Part shown: positions 37,752 to 48,588 of the stretch, one piece after another
Numbering within the stretch: the stretch's first letter is position 1
Layout of the letters: each line of letters begins with the position of its first letter
Virus record (IMG/VR): IMGVR_UViG_2029527006_000005
Length of the DNA stretch: 64,000 bases
Direction: 5' to 3' (one strand)
Origin: a virus
Taxonomy: Duplodnaviria > Heunggongvirae > Uroviricota > Caudoviricetes
Program-made: the position numbers and the translations under genes
The notes under the pieces: generated by a model
Databases searched by the model: none
Told to the model about the DNA's origin: nothing
What the model saw: the letters and a program-made list of their open reading frames with translations, nothing else

Positions 37752-38930
37752 ATGATACCATTTGCGAGAATAATGAAATATGGTAATAAATTACAGACGA
37801 GGAAGGTAATCAAAATATCTGCGGGTTTAACTGGATGGGTTATGCTCATGGATAATGGTGATCTGTACTGTTATGGTAATGGGCCGATGGGTGATGGAAA
37901 GAATGAGTTCAGATCTGAATGGACATTCATTAATTCGAATGTAAGAAACTTTTGGGTAGATCCTATAAATGTTTTTATAGTAGTACAGAAGGATGATAAT
38001 ACGGTTGAGTACTGTGGTGATCAGAGATATATTACTGGTCTTACGAATCAGCCTATTATATTAAATTTTACTGTTGACAGTATGTTCGCGTCCAAGACTA
38101 CTAGAGTGAAAGATATTAAGTTCAACACAACCCAATATAGTGTTGGATTAATTACAAGTACTGGAGTATTTTATCTACGTGGTTCACAGCGTGCATTAAA
38201 TGGTGGTACTTCTCCACTTTCATCGTGGACACAGTTTAACACTGGTATAATTGCATTAGCGAGTAGTAGTACGAACTGGTGGACTATTAATTCGGTGGGT
38301 AACGTAATGGGTGGTGGGCAAAATATTTCACAAATATTCAATAACTCAGCCGAGAACACATTTGTTTCTTACCCAACGAGTATTGGTACTACTGCTAACG
38401 TAGATGATACAAATTTATTAAGTGGTCAGTATTGGGTATCTTTTAATAGCTCCGCGAACAAGAATAGTTATTACGGAAGAGGTTTCAATTCCAATGGACA
38501 GTTTGGTAATGGTACTACAACTACATTAAGGGCAACAACTATTATTTCATCATCTTGGCCTAATTTGGGTTCTATGAAGAATACTGGTGCATCGAATTAT
38601 GACACTATTACTTGCATTATGTATTATACTACGGGTGGTTTGATATACTACAGTGGTTACAGTGCATATCGTGTTCCGGGTGTTGCTGCGGGGAAAAATA
38701 CGATGACTGCATTTACTGTTCCTTTTGATGTTAACTTAATTGAGTACTTATATCTTGATAGGCAGAGTACATATGCTTTCTTATCTGATGGTAGAATTTT
38801 CATGATTGGTCGTTATTTTAATAGTGCTGGTTTACAAGAGAACACGGATTACACTGATGTTACTTCTATGTTTGGTGCATTTGAAAAAGCATATACAAGG
38901 GAAACGATGATTAATGGGAGGAATGTATGA
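37752..38930 (+). CDS. MIPF-family RCC1-like beta-propeller protein
   Basis: MIPFARIMKYGN; GDLYCYG, GFNSNGQFG. Confidence 0.8.
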   Translation: MIPFARIMKYGNKLQTRKVIKISAGLTGWVMLMDNGDLYCYGNGPMGDGKNEFRSEWTFINSNVRNFWVDPINVFIVVQKDDNTVEYCGDQRYITGLTNQPIILNFTVDSMFASKTTRVKDIKFNTTQYSVGLITSTGVFYLRGSQRALNGGTSPLSSWTQFNTGIIALASSSTNWWTINSVGNVMGGGQNISQIFNNSAENTFVSYPTSIGTTANVDDTNLLSGQYWVSFNSSANKNSYYGRGFNSNGQFGNGTTTTLRATTIISSSWPNLGSMKNTGASNYDTITCIMYYTTGGLIYYSGYSAYRVPGVAAGKNTMTAFTVPFDVNLIEYLYLDRQSTYAFLSDGRIFMIGRYFNSAGLQENTDYTDVTSMFGAFEKAYTRETMINGRNV

Positions 38931-39850
38931 TACCATTTGCTAGGATACTTGAATATGGTAATAAAGCGAAAGTACTATTCAAGGGAATAATACAGCAATT
39001 AACACCGGGAGCGGGATATCAGCCTGTGGGTCGTAATAACACGTGTAGTGCCTTATGTACTACAAATAACAGGATATATTTCTTTGGTGGATTGAATGCT
39101 GGTGGGACATTTTTAAATGATTTGTTTTATTATGATATGTTATTGAATAGGTACACACAATTATCTAGTACTGGATTGGGTGCATACAGGAGTGCGGCGA
39201 TGAGTTATTGTGCTGCTGATGGATATGTATATTGTTTTGGTGGTGCGAATGCGGCTAACCAAGGGCAGACGCAATTCTTTAGGATAAATGTTAGTACTGG
39301 AGCGATGGCATTAGTTACTGGAGATACTAATAGGCCAGCGGGGAAATTTTCTCAAACTGTGATATGTAAGAATAATGAGTTATTCTTTTTTGGTGGTGGA
39401 AGTACTGCGGATCGACAAGTAATTACTAAGTACAATGTTACTACTAAGGTATGGACGGTAGTACGTACAGGAGTGACTTCTCCTGATTTAATAGGTGGTC
39501 CGAATTGTGCTATAGTATATAATGATAAGATGTATGTAGCGGCTAATGATGGTTTATATGAGTTTAATACGACGAGTTATATATTAACGAAGATGCCTAA
39601 TCAGCCAGCGTCTTTTACGAGCGGTGGTTATAGTTTTGTTATACGAGGTGATTGGTACTTTATGAATAATTACGGTACTAATGCGTTATCGAAGTACAAT
39701 TCTGCTGATGGAACATGGTCGGTTGTTGGTACAATTAATCACGGTACTGAGCTTTTTAGTGGTTGGAATGGATATACGGATGAGAATGGTTTTGTATTGT
39801 TTGGCGGTGCAGCCAATGAGAGAAGTACAAGAATAAGAAAGATAAGTTAA
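38927..39850 (+). CDS. MIPF-family Kelch-repeat protein
   Basis: MIPFARILEYGN; repeated YFFGG/YCFGG/FFFGG...W. Confidence 0.85.
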   Translation: MIPFARILEYGNKAKVLFKGIIQQLTPGAGYQPVGRNNTCSALCTTNNRIYFFGGLNAGGTFLNDLFYYDMLLNRYTQLSSTGLGAYRSAAMSYCAADGYVYCFGGANAANQGQTQFFRINVSTGAMALVTGDTNRPAGKFSQTVICKNNELFFFGGGSTADRQVITKYNVTTKVWTVVRTGVTSPDLIGGPNCAIVYNDKMYVAANDGLYEFNTTSYILTKMPNQPASFTSGGYSFVIRGDWYFMNNYGTNALSKYNSADGTWSVVGTINHGTELFSGWNGYTDENGFVLFGGAANERSTRIRKIS

Positions 39851-39860
39851 GGAGAGGATT

Positions 39861-41009
39861 ATGATACCTTTTGCGAGGATAGTTAAGTACGGAAATATTA
39901 TAGAGCCGGTGCCTGTGATAAAAAAGATTTTGGCGTCTGCTAACTGGTGTATGATTTTATATGAAAATGGGGATTTATACGTTCGAGGTCAAAACTCTGG
40001 AAGTACATTTGGTGATGGTTCTGCACAAAATACGATATACACTGGTGATTGGAGATTAAGCACAACCGGGATAAAAGATATATGGTCTGGTGCAGGTACA
40101 ACTTTCTGTACTACAATGGATAATAGGGTATTGAGTTCAGGTGCGATACGTGGATTAACTGGAGGAACGGCGAGTAGTACTAATATTTTCACGGACAGGA
40201 GTAGTACATTTATATCAGCGGGATTACAACCAAGTGATATAGTAGATATGTCAGTTGGGGCGTATGATATATTTGTATTAACGGTTACTGGAGAGGTGTA
40301 CAGTGGTGGTACTAATTTTTCTGGACAACATGGAGTTGGTAATACGACTGCCAGAGCATTTGGATTGAACACAAGTTTTGTTAATGTGAAGAAAATAAGT
40401 TCAAGTACAGGGCAAGCTGGCACATGTTGGCATTTGGACACATCGGGAAATTTTTATGGTGCGGGTGATGGTTCAGTGGGTCAAATATTAGGTACAGCCA
40501 GTACTAGTGCACAGAAGTTGATTAGTACTGGTGTTATTGATTATACAGCTAGTACAAATTGTTTTTTCATTACCAAGAATGATGGTTTATATTGTGCTGG
40601 TTCACAATTCAATGGACAATTAGGTGATGGTGTAATGAGTTCTAATATAGGAAACGTTGGTAGAACATCCTTATATAAGTTAACACAATTTACAAGTCCC
40701 CCATCTTATATCAGGAATGATTTATATATGACGGTGCTACGTTATAATGATACTTGGTATGTAACGGGTAATATTACTAAAAGCGGAGCGGGTTCCAATT
40801 CTATGAGTTCAGTATTTGTAGTGAACAATACTGATATACCGGATACTAATACACCCAAATGGGTATGTGGTGGTAATAATTCTTATGTAGTATCTGGTGC
40901 GGGAGTATTGTATGGTACGGGTACATATTCAGCTAGTACTGATTTATTGCCGGGATATACGACAGCCCAATATACATTTGTACCCCTGTCATTACGTGGT
41001 ATAGAATAA
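39861..41009 (+). CDS. MIPF-family RCC1-like beta-propeller protein
   Basis: MIPFARIVKYGN; GEVYSGGTNFSGQHG, GQLG. Confidence 0.8.
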   Translation: MIPFARIVKYGNIIEPVPVIKKILASANWCMILYENGDLYVRGQNSGSTFGDGSAQNTIYTGDWRLSTTGIKDIWSGAGTTFCTTMDNRVLSSGAIRGLTGGTASSTNIFTDRSSTFISAGLQPSDIVDMSVGAYDIFVLTVTGEVYSGGTNFSGQHGVGNTTARAFGLNTSFVNVKKISSSTGQAGTCWHLDTSGNFYGAGDGSVGQILGTASTSAQKLISTGVIDYTASTNCFFITKNDGLYCAGSQFNGQLGDGVMSSNIGNVGRTSLYKLTQFTSPPSYIRNDLYMTVLRYNDTWYVTGNITKSGAGSNSMSSVFVVNNTDIPDTNTPKWVCGGNNSYVVSGAGVLYGTGTYSASTDLLPGYTTAQYTFVPLSLRGIE

Positions 41010-41019
41010 GGAGAGAGAA

Positions 41020-42168
41020 ATGATACCATTTGTTAGAATATTGGGTTATGGAAATACTGCACCCAAGCCGAAGGAGTTTCCAAAAGCGATCCAAAACATA
41101 TTATCAGTGACGATGTATTTGGACACGACAACATCTAAATTGTATGCATTAGGAACTAATGCTTCGGGTCAGCTTGGTACTGGTGATAGAAATGATACTA
41201 CTGGTGGTACATTCATGGAAGTACTATCAGGAGTTGAGAGTTATTATTTGGGTAATAGTGGGACCGTATGTATTATGTTGAATGGTACGATTATGTTTAG
41301 TGGGAGTAGTAATTACTATTCGAATCCTAATGGTAATTTGTATGCATGGACGGACATTACGGCATCGTTTACTGCTATAGGTTTAGTTGCTTCGGACATT
41401 AAAGACGCGGTATTAAGTACTGGTATGTTCTTTTTATTGAATGATGGTTCGTATGCGTGTGTTGGTTCAGTTACTTATTCTCAATGGGGTATAGGTTCAC
41501 CAGTAGTTGTGCGTAATTTAACTCGATATACTTCTAGTTTTGGGGCGATAGATGAGGTATGTGGGACATATGAAAGTACTATAATACGTATAGGTGGTAA
41601 AGTTTACCGTTCTGGATATTCTGTTAGTTCTACTGGTACTACTGTACAAAACCCGCAATGGACTGCTATACCGGGTTTAGATAATGTAGTGACGATGGGA
41701 ACTGTTTATCAGGCAGAATATTATTTTCTATCCAGTGGTGCGATATATACATGTGGTTTTAATCAGTTATCATCATTAAAGTTATCTCAAACGACTTCTG
41801 GATATTATGCTAATCCCGTGCAATCATTATCTACATTCAATCCGTTAACGGAATTGCGATGTATATCTAGTGTTGCAAGTAGTGGTACACAGTCACCTAT
41901 TATGTACAATGATGGTAAGTACTATATATGTGGTCAGAACTCTAATGGTAAATTGGGTGTTGGATTAACTAATAATCCGGTATCACCGTTGCATGAGATG
42001 GATATGTCTAACTTAGATGCTGCTGTTAAATACGTGGCATCGGATTCTGTTAACAGAACATGGGTAATGGATACTAATAAGAAATTGTATGCATGTGGTA
42101 CGGTGAATATTACTGGATTTGGGAGTTACAATAAGCCGACGATAGTAACTAATATGCCGTGGTATTAA
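41020..42168 (+). CDS. MIPF-family RCC1-like beta-propeller protein
   Basis: MIPFVRILGYGN; LYALGTNASGQLG, CGQNSNGKLG. Confidence 0.8.
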   Translation: MIPFVRILGYGNTAPKPKEFPKAIQNILSVTMYLDTTTSKLYALGTNASGQLGTGDRNDTTGGTFMEVLSGVESYYLGNSGTVCIMLNGTIMFSGSSNYYSNPNGNLYAWTDITASFTAIGLVASDIKDAVLSTGMFFLLNDGSYACVGSVTYSQWGIGSPVVVRNLTRYTSSFGAIDEVCGTYESTIIRIGGKVYRSGYSVSSTGTTVQNPQWTAIPGLDNVVTMGTVYQAEYYFLSSGAIYTCGFNQLSSLKLSQTTSGYYANPVQSLSTFNPLTELRCISSVASSGTQSPIMYNDGKYYICGQNSNGKLGVGLTNNPVSPLHEMDMSNLDAAVKYVASDSVNRTWVMDTNKKLYACGTVNITGFGSYNKPTIVTNMPWY

Positions 42169-42242
42169 ATATAGGCCAGTACAGTTGTAGTACTGGCCTT
42201 TTTTCGTTAAATATGGTATAATGATAAATTATGGAGGGAACT

Positions 42243-43406
42243 ATGATTCCATTTGCAAGGATATTGAGTTATGGTAATAAAGTTGCGGGGTTATCTAAAA
42301 TAAAAGATTTACAGGCTAATGACACGCATTTAATGTTATTAACGACTGATGGTGATATGTGGGCGTATGGTTATAGTAATAGTGGTTCTATGGGAATTGG
42401 TACTACTGTACCTCAAGCGAATCAAGGTTGGTACAAGAGTAATATAAGTAATGTTAGATTATTCAGTTCTAACAGATTGACGAGTACAATAGCTGTTACT
42501 ACCGACAATAAGGTATATGTATGTGGAAGTATTGTGGCTGCGAAATTCAGTACTCCAAACTTGCCAACATCGAATCTGTCATGGTTGGATGTAACGGATC
42601 ATATACCACAAGAGATTTTAGATGCAGGGATTAAGCAGATATATAACCAGACGAACTATGTTGCTATATTAACTAATAACAATGTAGTGTACAGTGTTGC
42701 ATTTACGTTAGGTGATTCGAGTGTTGTGGTTGAACGTACATGGCGACGTAATACTGCTACATCAATAGTACCTGATAAGATTGTAGGTTTTGAGCAGACA
42801 GCTAGTGGGTTTGTTTTTATAGTACAGGATAGTTCTGGGTATCTTTATGGTTTAGGTTATAATGGTAACCGAATAATAAGTTCTGCGGCTACAAGTACAT
42901 TTACTACATATACACAATTAGGGACATTGGCGTACCTTGATTATCAGATTGCTAATGGTGGTACATTCAGTACTGGTATATTGAGTGATGGTCGTGCGGT
43001 ACATTGTGGTTCATTAACTGGAGTTGCGAGTTTTAACAACACATTAACTGCTGCGAGTAACGTTCCATTAAAAGTTGCTGCATTTGCAGGATGTGGTATA
43101 GGGGTAATACAATCTAACAGAATGCTTGGTGCTTATACGTCGAACCAGTTGCCGATTGCTAGTGCAGGTAATACTAATAGTGGAAGTGTTGTTATTATAC
43201 GTAACATGCCGGGTAGTATGTCCAGTGCAGATATAAAGTTCATGTGTGGTAATGGTAGTACTAGTACAGGGAATAAGAACATGTATGTATTGTATCAGGA
43301 TGTTAATGGTAAAAGTACAATATTTGGATTAGGATTTTGTGTAGGACAAGGTGCTTCAGTGAACCAGCCATTTGTTAAGATAGATTTACCGGGAGGGTTA
43401 GAATGA
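42243..43406 (+). CDS. MIPF-family RCC1-like beta-propeller protein
   Basis: MIPFARILSYGN; GDMWAYGYSNSGSMG. Confidence 0.8.
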   Translation: MIPFARILSYGNKVAGLSKIKDLQANDTHLMLLTTDGDMWAYGYSNSGSMGIGTTVPQANQGWYKSNISNVRLFSSNRLTSTIAVTTDNKVYVCGSIVAAKFSTPNLPTSNLSWLDVTDHIPQEILDAGIKQIYNQTNYVAILTNNNVVYSVAFTLGDSSVVVERTWRRNTATSIVPDKIVGFEQTASGFVFIVQDSSGYLYGLGYNGNRIISSAATSTFTTYTQLGTLAYLDYQIANGGTFSTGILSDGRAVHCGSLTGVASFNNTLTAASNVPLKVAAFAGCGIGVIQSNRMLGAYTSNQLPIASAGNTNSGSVVIIRNMPGSMSSADIKFMCGNGSTSTGNKNMYVLYQDVNGKSTIFGLGFCVGQGASVNQPFVKIDLPGGLE

Positions 43407-44527
43407 TACCATTTGCTAGAGTGTTAGATTATGGGAATAGAGCACCAGTACCGGGGATTAATTACAGAATATATAGTACTATAAATTCTTTTTTATTTCA
43501 CGATGTTGGTAAATCAAAATTATATGGGATGGCTGATGATGGTGGAATGATCGGGTTTCCTAATACCACGGCCTATGGTACATTTACATTATGCTTATCC
43601 GATGTACAGACAGTATTGACTAAGAATCAAGCTGGTAGTTCATTTAGTGCTGTGCGTAAAAATGACGGCACTATATGGTTTTGTGGTACATCCGGGTCAG
43701 TACTAGGTGGTAGTGCTAGATACAGTCAATGGGAAAATCATACTGCATTGTTTACAGCATCTGGATTAGATCCATTAAATGTAAAGGAGATTAATTCTTA
43801 TAATAATTTGAAATTAAATGTAGTAATGAATAATGGTGATTTATGGTGTTGTGGAAAGAATAACGTCACGGCAAAATCATCGTTTGGAACTGGAACTAAC
43901 AATGATAGTTTCGGTGCATTTGTTAAAGTACCGCTTAGTGGTGTTGTCACTGCACATGGAAACTGTTATATCAGTGGTAGTACGTTGTATCAGACCGGTA
44001 CGAATTCTTTATATCAGTACGGGAATGGTACAACAAATGGTGGTCCGGGATTAACCCAAATAGCAACTGATGTAGTAGATGTGAGAACTGCTTGGCAGGG
44101 AACTTATTATCTTTCAAGTACAGGTGATGCTTATGGTGCAGGTACTCCTTTTAACGTATCATCTTATGGTAATGAGTTTGCTCAAGGTGCATCATCTTCG
44201 GCAATTCCTTTTTTTAAAGTTCTGAGTTCTAATGTAGATAGTATTGAATCCTGTATGGGTAATATGAGTTTCCATGTACTTAATGATAGAATGTATAGTA
44301 CTGGATTAAATCGCAGTTCAGTATTCGGTACTGGTGGTGGTAGTAATAGTACAACCTTTGTTGCGGCTGCACCTGCAACCATTAATACTACTGGTGGTAG
44401 ATTTGTTCGTGGTAATAACAATGGTTTATTATTAGTAAAGGACAAGTTATACAAAACAGGTTCTAACTTTGGTGGTGGAGCAGCCAATAGTGTTTTAACA
44501 GAAATACCGTTGACATTTTTACAATAA
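43403..44527 (+). CDS. MIPF-family RCC1-like beta-propeller protein
   Basis: MIPFARVLDYGN; GDLWCCGKN, GTIWFCG. Confidence 0.8.
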   Translation: MIPFARVLDYGNRAPVPGINYRIYSTINSFLFHDVGKSKLYGMADDGGMIGFPNTTAYGTFTLCLSDVQTVLTKNQAGSSFSAVRKNDGTIWFCGTSGSVLGGSARYSQWENHTALFTASGLDPLNVKEINSYNNLKLNVVMNNGDLWCCGKNNVTAKSSFGTGTNNDSFGAFVKVPLSGVVTAHGNCYISGSTLYQTGTNSLYQYGNGTTNGGPGLTQIATDVVDVRTAWQGTYYLSSTGDAYGAGTPFNVSSYGNEFAQGASSSAIPFFKVLSSNVDSIESCMGNMSFHVLNDRMYSTGLNRSSVFGTGGGSNSTTFVAAAPATINTTGGRFVRGNNNGLLLVKDKLYKTGSNFGGGAANSVLTEIPLTFLQ

Positions 44528-44596
44528 GGCTAGGTCAGTACAGTCAATGTACTGGCCTTTTTTGGTTAAATACAGTATAATAAATGGGAGAATAAC

Positions 44597-45730
44597 ATGA
44601 TACCTTTTGCAAGAATAATGACCTATGGAAATAAAGCTCGTGGTCGAGAAATTAAAAAAATGGAATTTGGCTCAACACATTATGTATTATTAGATAGTTA
44701 CGGGAGTTTATATGGTGCTGGGACAAATACAAACAAGCAGTATTATCCGGGAAATGTTAGTACTACATATGAATGGGTACATATTGCAGATGAAGTAGAT
44801 GATGTTTGGTGCGGGGCTAGATGGACGTGTTATAAAAAAGGAGGGAAGATATATTTCATTGGTACTAATGGATTAACTTCAGCCACTTTTAACGTATACA
44901 CAGAGATTACTTCCCAACAATTAGGTTCGGTTCTTGTTGAAAACATAGTTGGTATATATGGCACTGAAGGTATGATGCACATAGCCTTGAATAATGGTCA
45001 ATTATATGCGATTGGTGCAAATACTAATGCGAATAGTGGTTTAAATACTGCGAGTACTGCGATAACATCTATGACACTGGTTAGTGGTTTAAATGGGACT
45101 GCATTAAACACTGTTGATTATATAAGATATGCTCAGGATGGCTCTGCACTCTTAAAAATGAAGGGTGGCTATCTATATGGGTGGGGAAAGAACACGTCTG
45201 GTTTATTAGCTAATGCTAATCAAACTGCTATTGGTACACCGAAAACAATTTCATTTGCTGCTGTTGGTGTAACAGTAGGATATAGTGCTATGACGTATAT
45301 GGTTTCAAGCGGAGTATGGTCCTGTGGGGATCAGGTATACGGACAAACAGGGACAGGATACATAGCAGGAAGTAGTAATTATATTACCAGCATAGTAAAG
45401 ACTAATTATGCATCATCTCTAGTTGCTCCATTTATATCTCCGAAGGGTACAAAATCATGGCAGAACTGTTTTATTAGTTCTACTGGTTTATGGATTACTG
45501 GTTTAAATCCAACGCATATGGGTGCTACAAGTACTGGTACATTGGGTGCATATACTAATTATCCAATTCCAGTATCTGTTGGAGATATAGCAGATTATGG
45601 ATTTATGGCTGGTACAAGTACAATCTGTACTAAAAACGACATATATCAATGTGGTTCTGGTGCAAGAATAATAGGTAATGGTACTGGTACTGTTATCGGT
45701 TTTACCAAAGTACGGTTACCGTGGGAATAA
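44597..45730 (+). CDS. MIPF-family RCC1-like beta-propeller protein
   Basis: MIPFARIMTYGN; GSLYGAGTN, LYGWGKN. Confidence 0.8.
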   Translation: MIPFARIMTYGNKARGREIKKMEFGSTHYVLLDSYGSLYGAGTNTNKQYYPGNVSTTYEWVHIADEVDDVWCGARWTCYKKGGKIYFIGTNGLTSATFNVYTEITSQQLGSVLVENIVGIYGTEGMMHIALNNGQLYAIGANTNANSGLNTASTAITSMTLVSGLNGTALNTVDYIRYAQDGSALLKMKGGYLYGWGKNTSGLLANANQTAIGTPKTISFAAVGVTVGYSAMTYMVSSGVWSCGDQVYGQTGTGYIAGSSNYITSIVKTNYASSLVAPFISPKGTKSWQNCFISSTGLWITGLNPTHMGATSTGTLGAYTNYPIPVSVGDIADYGFMAGTSTICTKNDIYQCGSGARIIGNGTGTVIGFTKVRLPWE

Positions 45731-45739
45731 GGAGAGAAT

Positions 45740-46447
45740 ATGATACCTTTTGCAAGAATATTCAATTATGGGAATAAAACAGATCCGTGGTATAAAGACA
45801 CTTTAATTGCATTTGACAGTACTAGAATTGTTGGAACAAGTGGGTGGACGGATTACAATGGTATACCGTTACTTAAGGGTAATGGTGGTGCAGCAACTAG
45901 TACAATAGAGAATTACCCTGATTCACCGTTCGGTACTGGATTGATGATGAAGAGTGGTGGTATATACTGGAACATTGGAGCCAGTACATTTCCTATTGCA
46001 AATTATATAGATAATGATTGGACGATAGATTATTATACTAAACAGCTTGATGCGTATGTATATCCTGCTATTGTGCATTTATATCCATTAGCTATTAACA
46101 CACCGTTTTCTGCTGTTGCTGCTGCGTCTAGAATACTACTAGCTTATAGTGGTGGGAATCAGCCCGGATACGTACATCTATGGAATAACAGTGGTGCACC
46201 AGTTGTATATAGTTCTTGGCCTACTACTGCGTATTATGGTCAAGGTGTATGGCAGCATCATGCTATTACCTATGAACGTTCAACTGGATTGTTGAAGTTT
46301 TATGTCAATGAAGTATATCAGGGTTCAGTTACGAGAACATTAACATCACCGGGTGCGACTACAACAGCTAGTATAAGGACACCGGACAATGCTAGTTTTT
46401 CGGCAGCGATTGACCGATATAGAATGAGAGCGGGAATACATTATTAA
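45740..46447 (+). CDS. MIPF-family LamG/concanavalin-like lectin domain protein
   Basis: MIPFARIFNYGN; DWTIDYY, WQHHAITY...LKFYVN, IDRYR. Confidence 0.75.
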   Translation: MIPFARIFNYGNKTDPWYKDTLIAFDSTRIVGTSGWTDYNGIPLLKGNGGAATSTIENYPDSPFGTGLMMKSGGIYWNIGASTFPIANYIDNDWTIDYYTKQLDAYVYPAIVHLYPLAINTPFSAVAAASRILLAYSGGNQPGYVHLWNNSGAPVVYSSWPTTAYYGQGVWQHHAITYERSTGLLKFYVNEVYQGSVTRTLTSPGATTTASIRTPDNASFSAAIDRYRMRAGIHY

Positions 46448-46456
46448 GGAGAGAAT

Positions 46457-47377
46457 ATGATACCTTTTGTAAGAATATTAAGTTATGGTAATGTTGTCCT
46501 ACCTAATACTGCTTTTGATGGAAATTATGAGCCAGTATCTTATACGGCCATGAGTGCAAGGGCTGAGATGGGTTATTGTAGTACTGATAGTGGTGAAATA
46601 TATGCTATGGGTGGAGTACTAAGTAGTACGTATTACCGTGACTTTTGGAAGTACAATCCAGTTAGTGATTCATGGTCACAACTGGCTCAATTTGGAACAA
46701 CCCGAAGTGCACCAGCAATGGCGTATGACAGTACTAATAACATAGTATACAGTTTTGGTGGTAGTACTTCTGTACCTGCTGCTGGTTCAATGCGTAATGA
46801 TTTGTTTTCTTATAACCCGACAACAAACGCATGGACACAAGTTACGGGTATTTTAGGTACAGTACCAGCGGCACGTTTACATGCGTCCTTAGAATATTAT
46901 GATTCTAAGTTATGGTTATTTGGATCATACACTACACTAGCTGCTGCTAACACTGCATCAGTCTTTGATATAAGTACTAAAACATGGACGGCATTACCAA
47001 CATCCCCGTATCCTATGGCATTAGGAACGCGTATGGTGCGTATTGGTAGCGATATGTATGTTATGGGTGCTAGTGGTAGTACTGAATATTTGATGCGTTT
47101 TGATACATTGAATAGTACTTGGAGTACAACATTAAGTACTACTGAGAAGATTGGTCGATTAGCTGCCTATAAGGGAATTATTGTCATGTTTGGTTATGAC
47201 ACTGGTAATATGTTTACCTTTGTTCCGGGGAATTCATTTATTGAATCAGTTGGTACTATTCCAAACTATGGAATTGATTGTAATATATTTGCTAATGTTG
47301 GTGACAACTTCATATTGACATTGGGTGGGAAGAACAGTTCTGGTTCCGTGACCAGTGCTGCATATAAATTAACATAA
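46457..47377 (+). CDS. MIPF-family Kelch-repeat protein
   Basis: MIPFVRILSYGN; IYAMGG, YNPVSDSW, VYSFGG, YNPTTNAW. Confidence 0.85.
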   Translation: MIPFVRILSYGNVVLPNTAFDGNYEPVSYTAMSARAEMGYCSTDSGEIYAMGGVLSSTYYRDFWKYNPVSDSWSQLAQFGTTRSAPAMAYDSTNNIVYSFGGSTSVPAAGSMRNDLFSYNPTTNAWTQVTGILGTVPAARLHASLEYYDSKLWLFGSYTTLAAANTASVFDISTKTWTALPTSPYPMALGTRMVRIGSDMYVMGASGSTEYLMRFDTLNSTWSTTLSTTEKIGRLAAYKGIIVMFGYDTGNMFTFVPGNSFIESVGTIPNYGIDCNIFANVGDNFILTLGGKNSSGSVTSAAYKLT

Positions 47378-47387
47378 GGAAAAAAAT

Positions 47388-48563
47388 ATGATACCATTTG
47401 CAAGAATAATAAGTTATGGTAATAAAGTAATAGCCCCTGTGGTTAAAGATTTTAAAGCCAGAGTTGGTACACACTATTTTGTACTTTACGAAGATGGCTC
47501 ACTATATGGACGGGGTTCTCAAATAGGATATCTATTTGGTGACGGAATAAATCACAGTACTGCAATTACTGAGTGGTATAAAATCAGAGATGATGTAGAT
47601 AGTTTCACAATTAGTCCTAACTTTCTTTTTGTTAAAACAAAGAGTGGGGATTATTTCATAAGTGCAGGTCGTGCTACATCAGTATTCTTTGGATCAGGGT
47701 TGAGTAATGCTAATACTTGGGTGAATTGTAATTCAGTTATGGCGTTATCTCCGGGTGGTTATCCATTTAAAGCAGTATATAGTACTAGTACGTCATCACC
47801 CGATGCGTTATTTTGTATTGATGAGAATAATGATCTTTACAGTACGGGATTTACAAACTCAAACTACATTACTGGTACAGGAACTACTACGGCTAAAGGT
47901 TTGACTAAGATTTTAGCTAATGTTAAATACGTATCAATTCCGGGTGATGTGGCTGCGTGGGCGATAACCAATGACAACCGTTTGTACAGATGGGGTGGTA
48001 ATGCCACTAGATTGCTCGCTAACGGCACAGGAACCAATACCCTTAACGTCCCTACAGAGTATGTTAACGCAAGCGGTGTGAAGTTTACAGACGTGTTTGT
48101 GAAGACCTCTATGGTATATCTAAGAGCAACGGATGGATCATTATGGGTAAACGGGGCGATGACCACTGGACAAGCTGGTGGTGGTGTGGCTACAGCAACA
48201 TATGGAACGCCAACACAAATTGCGGGTGTTACTTTTAATCAAGTGTTTGATGCACCACCTCAAAACGCCGCTGGAACATTTATGTTACAAGGTAGTACTA
48301 TAAAGTACGCTGGTAACAGTGCACAATATGGTGGTATTGGAAGCAGTGCGGGTACTAACGTGCTAACATGGACTGCTGTAGTAGGTATACCTACGATTGA
48401 TTTTAGTAAGCCATTATCAGCAATTTCAGGACCATCAAACAGTATGATATTTGCTAATGGTAAATTGTACGGTACTGGTTATGTGCCGAACCTATTTGGA
48501 TATGTAAATCCGGGTGGTGGTCAGTACGTATATACATTTGTTGAATTAGAATTACCACAATAA
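47388..48563 (+). CDS. MIPF-family RCC1-like beta-propeller protein
   Basis: MIPFARIISYGN; GSLYGRG, LYRWGGN, GSLWVNG. Confidence 0.8.
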   Translation: MIPFARIISYGNKVIAPVVKDFKARVGTHYFVLYEDGSLYGRGSQIGYLFGDGINHSTAITEWYKIRDDVDSFTISPNFLFVKTKSGDYFISAGRATSVFFGSGLSNANTWVNCNSVMALSPGGYPFKAVYSTSTSSPDALFCIDENNDLYSTGFTNSNYITGTGTTTAKGLTKILANVKYVSIPGDVAAWAITNDNRLYRWGGNATRLLANGTGTNTLNVPTEYVNASGVKFTDVFVKTSMVYLRATDGSLWVNGAMTTGQAGGGVATATYGTPTQIAGVTFNQVFDAPPQNAAGTFMLQGSTIKYAGNSAQYGGIGSSAGTNVLTWTAVVGIPTIDFSKPLSAISGPSNSMIFANGKLYGTGYVPNLFGYVNPGGGQYVYTFVELELPQ

Positions 48564-48588
48564 AAAAAGCCCCTTAACGGGGCTTTTT
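48562..48588. terminator. Bidirectional terminator between convergent blocks
   Basis: AAAAAAAGCCCC TTAAC GGGGCTTTTT. Confidence 0.85.

Larger units (their letters stand above)
36524..44581 (+). promoter_or_regulatory. Repeated TAAATAYRNTATAAT promoter motif (36524, 37717, 42208, 44567)
   Basis: Four copies, each just upstream of an MIPF gene; no -35. Confidence 0.7.

Noticed and set aside
36560-48563. Diversity-generating retroelement acting on the MIPF genes
   Set aside because: No reverse transcriptase and no TR/VR pair differing only at adenines seen in the window
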